A stretch of DNA of 64,000 nucleotides, from the NCBI GenBank assembly GCA_964016885.1, contig OZ024742.1:103354001-103418000 (forward strand). The letters are read 5' to 3'. The stretch is from Eledone cirrhosa (Eukaryota). The position numbers were made by a program, and so were the translations under genes. Shown one piece after another: positions 24,890-37,115 of this stretch (its first letter is position 1; each line of letters begins with the position of its first letter). The notes beneath the pieces are model-generated. The model had not been told where the DNA came from. It was given only the letters and a program-made list of their open reading frames with translations, and did no database searches.

Positions 24890-25260
24890 TGTGAACAAAA
24901 CATGTAAAAACAATTTCAAAGTTCCGTAGTGTCATTGCCACAGTAGAGATGGCGCTTGTGTGGGGAAAAGTGAAAGCGCGGGAACCAGTGAGAAAGAAGA
25001 AGAAGGTGAGACGCCATGTTGGATAAAATGCCATGTGCGAAGAAAGAAAAAATTGTTTGTTATTGTCGGGTCGATATTTTTTTGTGAGAAGGATGTATTC
25101 TTCAAAGTCGAGTCACCATTTTATAGGAAGGATGAGGAGTCAAATATTACCTATATCTGTTTATAACTGTAAGTTGAAATCTTCTAAGGATCTTGTTTAC
25201 AAACGGTAATAAGAGAAATACTTTAGTCGATGAGTTGGTTGCTTCTTATTTATAGTGACA
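24890..25260 (-). mobile_element. Candidate 5' LTR of the Gypsy element
   Basis: TGTCAC...TTCACA on the minus strand just upstream of gag; no second LTR to confirm. Confidence 0.3.
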
Positions 25261-26239
25261 TGCGTCTGACTTCCAGGATATAAATAAATATCTCTTTAAC
25301 GCTCAATCCTCTATAAATATAATTTTTATTGTCGAAAGGAATATAGTAGGAGTCATTCTGTAATAATTTTTCACACTTCCGTAATCATCTTGTTTCTCGT
25401 GTATTGTGGTTTTTACCTGAGAGAGAGTGACCATGTATTCATACGCAATTTACCATTGGTCTGTTTAACCTTATTGCATATGAAAGTGTTACTATTGCGA
25501 GGTACGACGTAGTTCCACTACAGGCTAAGACGCCGAAACAACCAGGCATCCTCAAGGGCATCACATGACACCTCGGTAAGGCGAGCCACAAAGTAATGTC
25601 TTATTTCATAACAGAACTAGGTTAAGGCTATGTTCCCAACAAATCAGATGATGAAAAGATAATATAACATTTATTATACAAAGCATATAAATAAATTTAC
25701 AGTAGAATAACATTTTAGTTGACACTATGTTGACTCATTCAGTCCTAATTTTACCACTCCTTGAATTGAGCCAACTTCTAAGCGGTCGCTCGACCTAAAG
25801 AAATAGTGGCTAAGTTTTCCTCACTCTACACCATCTTTTTTTTTTTCAATGGCACATTAGATAATGTATTCCGAGCTTTAATGCGCATGTAAAATAATAA
25901 GAAAACGAGATGGTCAAGACCAGAATACCTTTGATCATAAGTCTGCTTAATCGTGGCTGATCTCTAGCTAAATTATAAGACAACAACGACAACGTAATTT
26001 AAATAATCTCAATCGACACAGCTGACCAGTGAAATAAGCAGGAAATAGGCTTTCCATTTCTCATAGTGTGAGTATATGCAGTACTTTAATCATTCTACAC
26101 AAAACCAAACCATATTTGTGAAATTGGAATAGAATTCATATAATATTTCAGAATGAGATGAATTTAATAAAACGTATTTTATTTAGATAAATTGCCAAAA
26201 GATTTGTAGCAAGGAAGTAATCAGAGAAAAGAAAACAAG

Positions 26240-26660
26240 CAGAAAAACAGTGGTAGAAGACCCGCACACTCAATCACATGCAACATCAGGGATCACTGGA
26301 GTTTCCTTCTAAATATTTTTTAGGCAAGTCAACACAACCGCGGCATCGCCGCAGATGAGAACCAAGGACCCTCGCGAACATCATTTAATACGTCGGTAAA
26401 GTGAGCCGCTAACAATGGCAAGAACTTCATTGTCAGCGATCCACCTCCCCCAAATGTCTTAACGTCACAAGCTGAAAACAAATGTTTTGCCGATAATACT
26501 TGGTATTTTAGAATTTTATTGTGTTCGCTTACGGATGCAGGGACCTCACTTTCACTTAAGCACGCAGGATATGCAAACGAGTCGTTAACTGTGGCGTCCT
26601 AAATAAGACATTTACCTCTAATCCTAGATGGACTTTTCCTATCAGCTCTGAAATATAGTT
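26240..26660 (-). mobile_element. Degenerate CRE-clade 3' fragment
   Basis: Homologous to 18090-18345 and 27650-27930. Confidence 0.6.
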
Positions 26661-27429
26661 TCCAAAGTGATAGGATGTATAAATGATATACCTATAGATA
26701 TCACTATCAAGAATGCCCCACTGTATGATTTGCATAAATTAGTGATTATTTACATAATTAATGTTTAATAATTATTTATTGAGTACAGCCGCGACGTTGC
26801 TGTCTTTTGCTCTGGTGTTGGCTCGGTTGTTCACCTCTTCCTTTACATTTTCTTTAATATTGCAACATTACAAGAATATATCCTTCTGAAAGAATCGCGA
26901 ACAATTTATAATTGTTTCTACTTTAGGCACAAGGCCAGCAATTACTCAGTGCATTACTGGTACTTTATTTTATCGACCCCGTAAGGATGAAAGGCAAAGT
27001 CATTTATAATGTTATCTAAGCATTTGTAATGTTATTTATGTATATATTTAAAACATATTTGTTATGTTATTCTACTGTAAATTTATTTATATGCTTTGTA
27101 TAATAAATGTAATATCTTTTCATCATCTGATTTGTTAGGAACATAGCCTTAGTCTTAGTTATGTTATGAAATAAGACTCGCGTTAGTCTTAGTTCTGTTA
27201 TGAAATGGCTCGTCTTACCGAGGTGTCATGTGATGCTCTTGGGGATACCTGGTTGTTTCTGCGTCTTAGCCTGTGGGCGTGTTGGCTTGCCTAAAACATT
27301 TCCGTTGATTCTTGTGGTGTACGGCCGATTGTCGCACTTTGTGATGAATTGATGGTCGTTTGTGTTTGTTATTATCGCTGTGATCATATATTTTTGTGGA
27401 TTAAATATACGTCATGTTTATAAATTGTT

Positions 27430-27935
27430 GTATAAATAACATTAAAATAACATATAAAAGTTGTATAAATAACATTAAAAATTGTTCACAATTCTTTCAA
27501 AATGAAAATATAAATACAAATAGAAACGCACACAAATGCTATTAATTATTGCTAGGAACCTTACAAATACAACGCACCAAAATATACGATCAAACTGGGA
27601 GAAAAAAAAAGATGGGGGGGGGGGGGGGGGGCAAAAACAAAAACGGTAAGGTGAGGCGCCAACGATGACAAGAACTTCGCTGTCAGCGGCCCAACTCCAT
27701 CAACCGTTTCGAACGTCACAGGATGGAAAAAATAATTGTTTGATACTTCTCGTTTTTTTTTCAGATTTTATTCCGTTCGGCCATGGAAGCAGTAGCCCTC
27801 ATATTTACTGAAGTATCCTAGATGTGAGAGGGGGCAAAAGAGTCACTAACTGTGACGTCCCAGATGAGACATCTACCTCTTAGCCAGGCACAAAGGGTAA
27901 GACTGTCTGGCGCATTATGTTTGTGAAGTTCATAG
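27430..27935 (-). mobile_element. CRE-clade 3' fragment with restriction-like endonuclease motif
   Basis: APDSLTLCAWLRGRCLIWDVTVSDSFAPSH (PD..D motif) followed by the FETVDG segment; tail-to-tail with a + strand fragment at ~27205-27430. Confidence 0.75.
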
Positions 27936-27957
27936 CAATGGTTACTTGTATTTATTA

Positions 27958-28270
27958 CTAGCAGTGGTACCCGGCGTTGCACGGGATAAGGTATTTTGGA
28001 ATGCGGGCCGCCAACAGACCTAATCGTGGAAAAACTGCATGCCTGGACAATATGTAAAGAAAATAAACCGAATACTCTGATCTTTAAGATTTTCCTCGAT
28101 GAAGCAGGAAAAATGCAGGTTTTCACCTAATGCAGGCCCTAGGGGATCAAGAAAATGATTTTTTTTTTTATGTGCATAATATGCCTTGAAATTTCGGGAA
28201 AATCGGCTAGACGTAACACCCCAAAAAAGCCCTAAAAAGCTTTTAAAATGAAGTTTTTCACCTAATGCAA
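27958..28270 (-). mobile_element. Helitron-like 3' terminus fragment
   Basis: Minus strand CCCGTGCAACGCCGGG hairpin, then TACCACTG-CTAG followed by T. Confidence 0.6.
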
Positions 28271-28564
28271 AGATGCTAAGATGACAACGTAAATAGTACT
28301 GGAGGTCATGAAATAAAGTTGTTTATTTGCGTAAACAAAGAGTAAACAACTTTATATACACCAGTTACAATTATATTTGAAAAACAATTATTACACATTT
28401 ACACATACATGTCACAAGCGAAAATGGCGGTAATGAAATTTAATGAAATATTTTCTTCAAAATCCATTAACCGAATAATGGTAAGCAGTTGCCTCCCTTA
28501 CAAAATTGAAGAAACTTTACATTCAATAGATCAGAGAGTCGCTACAGGTACAGCCACTACTTCT

Positions 28565-28838
28565 CCGAATTGAGGGATCATATCGCCGATATTACGGGTA
28601 TGTGGTCAGAATGTTTCAGGAAAGAATCGCTGGACAGATTTTACGGGCAAAACCAACCGGCAGGAGACCCAGGGGTAGACCCCGAGCAAGATGGGTGGAT
28701 AACATCCATGAGATTGGCTGGTCTCGCTTGGGGATCCAGCCGAATCAGTTGGAGACGGTTGCTTCTGACAGGACTCACTGGAAGGAGTGTTTGAGGTCTC
28801 TGCCCTCACGACCCTCTCAAGAAGAAGAAGAAGAAGAA
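28565..28838 (+). mobile_element. RTE-clade LINE 3' fragment with (GAA)n tail
   Basis: VVRM..ERIAGQILRAKPTGRRPRGRPRARWVDNI...ASDRTHWK. Confidence 0.85.
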
Positions 28839-29007
28839 ATTTTAGTTTAACATATTTTGTTCGTAATTATGCGTAACACGCGTATATTCAGTTATATATG
28901 CTAACAAATGTAAATTTAAAACCAACTGTTATATTTAAATAAGTAACAACAGAATTATATTAACGTATGTACAAAGTTTCCTTAAATAGAATACATTTAG
29001 AACATGA

Positions 29008-29988
29008 TTAATAAAATGAAAATAAAAAAATTAGAGATATATAGATATATACAAAATTGTAGTTAATATTCCCATTTGAAGAAACTTCCGAAACTTTAGT
29101 CTCCCAAGTGAAAGATAATAATTTGTGTTCAATGAGCTGACGTAATTCCGTATTTGTCCCGACGCATTCAGAATACTTTTTTACTAATATCTCAATATTA
29201 TCTGTTTTCTCACTGAAAACTATTTTATCACAAACTTTTCCATGTTCGTTGTCTTTCCAATCAATTTTGTTTAGCTTCTGACAAAATATTTCACCACTGG
29301 TAGCGAATGTTGTAGCGTTTGAAATATACGCTTTTTTATTTCTTGCTAGCTGGTTTGATGTGAGGTTCTTCAGAACAGTTTTAATACATTCAATGGTCTT
29401 TGTGTGGTTGAAACGTTTGCAAAAGTTATTGTAGACGTTTAAAGGACTACTTTGAATAGAGATTTTTGGATAGCATACTAGTTCCGGGCCATAATTTGGT
29501 ATCAAATGAAACAAAGGGTCCACTATTTTGCATTTAATGCTTAAAATGGAATCCAAATAATTAAACCAAGTCATACGGACTGCCAGAGGGCATCTGTGAA
29601 GTCCCAGAAATACGTATCTTGGAAATCTGTTTTTACAGAATTTTTTAGATTGTCTATCCCTTTTCTGAACGTTCGCCACATTACAATCTAACTCATTAAA
29701 TTTTAATTTTTTATATTTTTTACAAAATATTTTTGTTTTCTTAATAATTTTAGTCAAATTTACGCTTTGTTTGTATTGTACATCTAGTTCATGATCTGAA
29801 TCATTGATATTTTCCTTTAAGCAGTTCATGTACTTTGGATAAGTTTTCGAACACACAACACCAACTAAATAATCGTCTTGCTTGTCTAAGTGTTTGATGC
29901 ACTCTTCTTGAACGAAACTATAACTTGATAGTGTATGGCAACTGAATAGAACGAAGGTTGTCAGCGTAAATAATACGTAAAAATTCAT
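29008..29988 (-). CDS. Uncharacterised secreted Cys-rich protein, 326 aa, probable GPI anchor or C-terminal membrane segment
   Basis: Stop-free 981-nt ORF in AT-rich DNA; signal-peptide-like N-terminus; 14 further Cys; five N-glycosylation sequons; SSNG followed by a hydrophobic tail; no TE motifs. Confidence 0.85.
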   Translation of the reverse strand: MNFYVLFTLTTFVLFSCHTLSSYSFVQEECIKHLDKQDDYLVGVVCSKTYPKYMNCLKENINDSDHELDVQYKQSVNLTKIIKKTKIFCKKYKKLKFNELDCNVANVQKRDRQSKKFCKNRFPRYVFLGLHRCPLAVRMTWFNYLDSILSIKCKIVDPLFHLIPNYGPELVCYPKISIQSSPLNVYNNFCKRFNHTKTIECIKTVLKNLTSNQLARNKKAYISNATTFATSGEIFCQKLNKIDWKDNEHGKVCDKIVFSEKTDNIEILVKKYSECVGTNTELRQLIEHKLLSFTWETKVSEVSSNGNINYNFVYIYISLIFLFSFY

Positions 29989-30562
29989 CGCAGCTTCTAA
30001 TGAGTGTAAGTGGCGACCTTCATAAAATGCATGGTTGTGTGATAACTATTAAAGCAAATGCCTGAATAACGGAGTGGATAAAACTATAAGCAATTGAAAC
30101 AGAGAATATGATTGGTGGATTTATTATTGACTTCACCGGAAAAAGCAGCAAATAACACTTTCTAAAGTTGTCAACATCACTACACCTAACAGTAATCTGG
30201 AAATGATAAGTACTTGAACCATAGCCGGATTTACCATTGTGTTTAGATGTGCTTAAGAATAGGGCCCCGTTGGCCAGTGTGGCCCATCATCCTGTCAAAA
30301 AATTGTTTACGATGAATTTCTTTTACGATTAAGGGGGTCTCATAACTAGCACAAGGCCTCATTTCTCCTGACTTCAACATGCGGTATCTGGGGGATACAG
30401 GATTCGATTCCTCATTGAAGCCGATGGCATCTTACTTTTCCCTCGTTAAGGGTCTTCACCCTATTATATGAGCTATTTTATTGCATCTCCGCGCATGAGT
30501 ACACAATTCTTTATATTATCTATATGACATAGTTTTATTATATTTCCTTGGAAATAAGTACT

Positions 30563-30676
30563 TTCAAATCGCGCCGAGGTTAACTTTGCCTTTCATCCTT
30601 ATGGGGTCGATAAAATAAAGTACCAGTAATTCACTGGGTAATTGCTGGCCTTGTGCCAAAAAGGTAGAAAGAATTA
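30563..30676 (+). mobile_element. 5'-truncated SINE with TSD
   Basis: ATTATATTTCCTTGGAAA occurs on both sides (~30537 and ~30673). Confidence 0.7.
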
Positions 30677-31944
30677 TATTTCCTTGGAAACGAACGTATA
30701 AACTGAGTGATCTCTGTAGTCTCTCTCTCTCTCTCTCTCTCTCTCTAACACACACACACACTCTTCCCCTCTCTCCCCACACATTCTTTCTCTCCTTCTC
30801 TCTCTCCTTTTCACACATATATATATATATAGAGAGAGAGGGGGGGGGGTGAAGTTGGAAATAGCACAGAAAATATATTTTAGGGTCTGTTTTTCTTTTT
30901 TTTCCTTTCTTTGATTCGTCAAAGTTACATTATTGAAAAAATGAGAGGGACAATTCTTTTTAAACAAAGTTTTATAATGTATATCAAGTATTACCAGTTT
31001 CGATGTATTATAATTCATCTTATCAAATGTTGAGTATTACAATTAAAAAGAATTAATAGGAATTAAAACTAAAAGTTAAAGATTTAAATTTAAGTGTTGG
31101 AGTAAGTTTTTTTCCCCATCTACCTTGCTCAGAAGTGGACTGGGGAATGAAATCTTGGGTATATATATAGAGAGAGAGAGGTGTGTAGTCATAATAGTAG
31201 CAGCAGTGTTGGTAGTCGTGTTTCTTCACAGAACAAATTTGTTTTTTGAGGTCAAAGGAAATATTCTGTAAATATGTGTGTGTATATCTGATTGTGTTAA
31301 TTGACTGGTCAAGAGTTCAAATGGGGGTGGGGAATTGTAAGCTAGAGGAAAATTCTATGGCAGCCGTGGGGTTGTAAAAGAAATTCTATTATTGGAATAT
31401 GGTTTTAGGGAGTGTGTGTATAGGTGAGGGTGTATACACACGTGTGTGTGTGTGGGGGGGGGGGGTGTATGTGTGCATGTGTGTTTTTCAGCCTGTCTGT
31501 CACAGGTCCTTTTGTGGTGGGAAATTAAAGAAAGATTTTCCAAAAAAATTTTAAATTAAAAAAATATGTTTTAAATTAAAAAACAAATCAGTGCAGAGCA
31601 TCAGTCGTGGCTCTCAAACAGGGACTTCTGGAATGAGTAATTTTAACTCTTTTATTTTGTGGTGTGTGTGGGGGTGATTACATATTTAATTTTGGTTTAA
31701 ATTTATTAATAAATAGTTTTTCTTTATTTATTCTTTGTTGTTAAGTGAAAGAATCGGAGCATTTGTAAAGGGGGAAGATTTTAAAGTTGTCCCTCTCATT
31801 TTTTCAATAATGTCACTTTGATGAATCAAAGAAAGGGGAAAAAAATGAAAAACAGACCCTAAAATATATTTTCCGTGCTATTTCCCATTTCACCTTTTCT
31901 CTAGTTCCACTTTTTTTTATATAGAACTTTATTTCCCTTTTCTT

Positions 31945-31995
<51 letters not shown>

Positions 31996-32116
31996 AGAGG
32001 TGAGTTTTATTGTAGCACAATAAAGCAATGCAAATATCGGATAAGTAGCACTCAACAATTTATAGGACTGGAGTATAAATAATATAAGATCAAAAGATGG
32101 TTAAAAGAGTTCCATG

Positions 32117-32187
32117 TATTTTATTATGCGCATTTCAAAAGCAAATATCATCATGGGATGATATTTACATTCTCATCAGATAAAATA
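32117..32187 (-). ncRNA. Minimal type I hammerhead ribozyme (Penelope pLTR)
   Basis: UAUUUUAU-CUGAUGA-stem II-GAAA-UGCGCA-UA-AUAAAAUA. Confidence 0.85.
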
Positions 32188-35100
32188 AGGAGACATGATA
32201 TGAAGCTTAAAAAACACTTGCGAGCAGTGAAGTGTTAAATCTACATATGAAATATAAAATAAGATGGATATGTGAGATTGGGAAAAAAAAAAAAAAAAAG
32301 GAGGAAGGAAAAGGTAAGGAAGAGGAAGAAAGAAAATAAAGGATGACGGGGGAGGAGTATAAGAAGGAAGGATGAGAGAGGAGGAGAAATGAGTGAGAGA
32401 GAAAGAGATAGATAGCCTTTAATACTGAGAAACACTGTCTCACAGAGAGAAATTAAAAAAACCGTTATAAGATAATACATAATCTAAAAAAAATTTGAAA
32501 TTAAAAGTTAATGAGGTTTATGAATGGTGATGTTTATGATTAAAGAAAAAGGAATTAAGAATAGTATTTATTTAAGGTTTATATATTGAAGGGTTTAATA
32601 ATATGTGCGAAAAGGAATTTATTAATATGTATTATTAAAATAAAAATATTAAGGAGATAAGGTGAATGAAGAAGAAATTAAATGAATTATGAACTTAGAG
32701 GAATTAGTTAGGGTCTAAGTTTGTTTCTATGTATTGTAATATGAAAAAGTAAATAATAGGTTTAATACGAGCACGGAAGGAGAGAAGAAAGAGGAAAATT
32801 TAAGGAAGAAAAAATATATAACGTCAAAAAAATATGTTTACAAAATTTACTAATGGTAATATTAGTATATATTAAAAATATAGTTTGTATGGCCAAGAAT
32901 ATAAGGTAAATGCTATAGTGAGTAATAATATGAATTAAGAAGTAATTGAGAAGTAAAAGTTACAGATTAAAGATTAGAAATTAAAAAAGAAAAAAGAAAA
33001 AAAGGAAAAAAGGATAAAAAAAGAAGAAAAATAGGGGACCGCTAACGACATAGAATGAGTAAATTGTATAATATAATATACTGAAATAAGGTAGAACGAT
33101 GGGTTATTTGTAAAAGATATAAAAGCGTTTGAGAAAAGAAGATTTTAAACTAATTAGGTAGTATAAGAAGATTTTAAACTATTAGCTGTATACTTTATGG
33201 AAAGTTCTATGGGATTTATGCAAGCAGAGCGAAAATAAATCCGTACGTCTATTTATTATAGAATTAAAATTAGAGATATTGGTAAATTTCTCGGCTAGAC
33301 AGAGATGTTGTAGTTAATATTTTTGTCTTTTAAGGACCATATGAGTTCTGAGAGTGCCGTGTTAGTGCTTTTAAGTTGGTATTTAAAAGACGAATTGTGA
33401 TTATAAAATCTTGCTTTAAAGGAAGTGGAAGTGGAACCAAAATAGGTAAAAGAATTAGTACCAGTTATAACCTTACATTCATACACTAAATTTTTATCAA
33501 GACATTGATTATTAAGAGGACATTTAGTTCTAACAGGGCAATTACAATTACGATTAGAGAAATTACCAGAGTTATTAACAAGTGACCTAGTATTATTTAT
33601 AGACGGAATTGGATTGGAGAAGTTATTTACGATAGGTGCTAAAGTTTTCTGATTTAGATTGGTGTTATGAACATTCGACAAAGTTACGTTTGACGTATTT
33701 AAATTTACTGAATCTAGCCTAGAGTTAACATTAACGTCGGGTTTACTATTGCTATTATTATGACGCTCAGTGTTGGATGGATATAATTTATTATTTAATA
33801 TTTTATTATGTTTAGAGATAATGTTAGAGATGTTGGAAGTGGTGGAATAAGAGAATTTGATTGTATGTTTGTTAAAGATCTTACTATAGATATGCGAGGG
33901 AGGGAAGCATTTATCTAAGACCCTAAAAAATAGTTTAGGAATATTACTAGTAATAGATAGAGAAAAAGGAGCGTTGTATCAAATCATATTTTTGTATCTA
34001 GGTCTTTTATTTAAGTTATTGGAATGTTCATAACTAACTATTGGTTTCTTTACTGTATTTAATTTTGTCAGGATAACCGGCTTTGGAAAGCGCATTATTA
34101 TAACAATTGGCATTAGCGTCGAAGATAATTTTATTAGAGGATAGATTTGAGATTCTTTTTTCAACATTACTGACTATAGCATTTTTAACGTTAATGGGGT
34201 GGTTAGATTTAAAATTAACATAATTTAGATTCTCATTGTCTTTATGGTAAGGGTAATATAGGCCGGTGTCAAGATTAAGAGATATATCCAGGAAGTTAGC
34301 TAGTTTGACGTTGTTTTCAAATTCAATGTTTAGGTTATGGTGCTTAAATAGATCAAGTATATTATTCTTAATAATATTAAGGTTACAGTTTAAGACAGTA
34401 AAAAAGGCATCGTCACGATAAATTCCACCGCGAAGTTGAGGAATTTTCCGATTTAAAGAATTCAAAATGAAGATACCAATCAAGTCCGTCAATTGCGCCG
34501 AATCCGACGAACCCATTGTGATATCAAAATTGTTGGAAGTATCAGCTCTAGTCCAATATTCGTTGTTGAATTCCAGGATATTTTTTCTTGCGGTGAGAAT
34601 GATGTAAAGTTCATCTGTGGTAATATCAGAATATTTAAATGCGAAAGATAGAGAGTTGTTGAGGAGTGAAGGCGAAATAGAAGAATAGTAACTGGCAATG
34701 TCAAACTGAATAAATTTTTGTTTGTTTTTATTATTTAGGTCATTGAACCAGTTAATTACATCAGATGTACCAATCCATAAATTTAAGTTAGAAATAGAGC
34801 AAACTTGTGGGATAATTCTATCCAAGATGGATTTACTAACAACCCCAGATCTGATTTAGAGGGGGCGATTAGTTTAACAGGCAATTCCGTTCGAAAGTTA
34901 CTTTTATGATCCCGAAGATTTATCCTCGGAGTTCTTGGGAAGAATGGTTCGGTCTTTTTCTCGATGCCAAGTTTAGACATAATCTCAGAAGCTTCCAATT
35001 TTATAGATTCCAAATTGTCATGGTTAGTTTTACAATAATTCTTCCTTAGTTCCTTAAGGATAAGGTTATTATACTTATCTTTAGATACGCCATATAAATT

Positions 35101-35974
35101 ATTAGATTTGTCGGAATGGACTAAGACTTTTTCAGAGGAATTAAGGTCCGAAATCGTATTCCTGAGATTTATAAGGTGCTCCTGTCCTCTATAAGGGTTT
35201 CTCTTGAATTTAAGACCTTATAATATTAGTTAATTCTTCCTCAAACTGCGCTAGATTTTTATTCTTGGCCATACAAACTATATTTTTAATATATACTAAT
35301 ATTACCATTAGTAAATTTTGTAAACATATATTTTTTTGACGTTATATATTTTTTCTTCCTTAAATTTTCCTCTTTCTTCTCTCCTTCCGTGCTCGTATTA
35401 AACCTATTATTTACTTTTTCATATTACAATACATAGAAACAAACTTAGACCTTAACTAATTCCTCTAAGTTCATAATTCATTTAATTTCTTCTTCATTCA
35501 CCTTATCTCCTTAATATTTTTATTTTAATAATACATATTAATAAATTCCTTTTCGCACATATTATTAAACCCTTCAATATATAAACCTTAAATAAATACT
35601 ATTCTTAATTCCTTTTTCTTTAATCATAAACATCACCATTCATAAACCTCATTAACTTTTAATTTCAAATTTTTTTTAGATTATGTATTATCTTATAACG
35701 GTTTTTTTAATTTCTCTCTGTGAGACAGTGTTTCTCAGTATTAAAGGCTATCTATCTCTTTCTCTCTCACTCATTTCTCCTCCTCTCTTATCCTTCCTTC
35801 TTATACTCCTCCCCCGTCATCCTTTATTTTCTTTCTTCCTCTTCCTTACCTTTTCCTTCCTCCTTTTTTTTTTTTTTTCCCCAATCTCACATATCCATCT
35901 TATTTTATATTTCATATGTAGATTTAACACTTGACTGCTCGCAAGTGTTTTTTAAGCTTCATATCATGTCTCCC

Positions 35975-36045
35975 TATTTTATCTGATGAGAACGCAAATA
36001 TCATCCCATGATGATATTTGCTTTTGAAATGCGCATAATAAAATA
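35975..36045 (+). ncRNA. Minimal type I hammerhead ribozyme (Penelope pLTR)
   Basis: Stem I TATTTTAT/ATAAAATA; CTGATGA 35983-35989; stem II GCAAATATCAT/ATGATATTTGC; GAAA 36026-36029; palindromic TGCGCA; AUA triplet ending at 36037. Confidence 0.9.
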
Positions 36046-36075
36046 CATGGAACTCTTTTAACCATCTTTTGATCT

Positions 36076-36104
<29 letters not shown>

Positions 36105-36106
<2 letters not shown>

Positions 36107-37083
36107 AGATCAAAAGATGGTTAAATGAGTTCCATGTATTTTACTATGCGCATTTCAAAAACAAATATCATCATGCAATAACATTTGTATTTTCATCAGA
36201 TAAAATAGGAGGACATGATATGAAGGTTAAAAACACTTGTGGATAGTGCAGTTTTAAATCAACATATGAAAAGTAGTTTTAGATTGATGTGTGATATTGG
36301 GGAAAATTTTTTTTGAGGGGGGGGGAGGTTGGAAAGGATGAACAAGAGGAGGAGATGGGAGTAAAAGTGGAGGGGGAGGAGTATAATGAGGTAGGTTGAG
36401 ATGGAAGGAGATATGGCTGATAGAGAGAGAGAGATAGCTTTTATAACTGAGAAAAATATATTGTTTTACATAGAGAGGTTGAAAAACCGTTGGAAGATAA
36501 TGTATAAATTGAAAGAATTTGAAAATTAACGAAGCGAAAAATAATGTAAAGTTAAGGTTTGTATATTGAAGGGTTTAATAATATGCGCGATGAAAAGAAA
36601 TTGTTAATATGTATTAAGAATAATATTTAAGGGTTTAATATGTGCGATGGAAAGAAAATGTTAATATGTATTAAGAATAATTTTAAGGGTTTAATAATAT
36701 GTGCGATGGAAAGAAAATGTTGATATGTATCATTAAAAAAACAGAAGTAATGTAAGTAAGGATATATTGTGAGATGAGCATGAATAAGTTAGATGAAAGT
36801 GAGAAAAAAATAATGAATAGAGGATGAATAATCTAACGTCAAAAAAAATGTTTATGTTTACGAAGGATTTTTTCAAGGTGATATAAAGTAAGAATATAGT
36901 GTATTGTGTAATAATTGTTTCTATGTTAGGCTCAGTGAGAAAAGGTACAGATTAGGGGTTAGAAATTAAAAGAAAAAGAAAAGAAAAGGAAAAGGAAGAA
37001 AGGGAAGTGATGAATAGGAATGATATAGAATATGATAAATAACTTTGAAATAAGGTAGAAAGATGGGTATATTTTTAAAGAAG

Positions 37084-37115
<32 letters not shown>

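Larger units (their letters stand above)
31994..36083 (-). mobile_element. Penelope-like element 2 with inverted ~820-bp pseudo-LTRs, between (TA)n tracts
   Basis: 32079-32901 is inverted at 35260-36083; enclosed ORF pieces: KFIQFDIASYYSSI, ITMGS, GIYRDD, NFLDISLNL, SNHP, CNC..CPLNNQC..LVYEC..YFGST. Confidence 0.95.
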
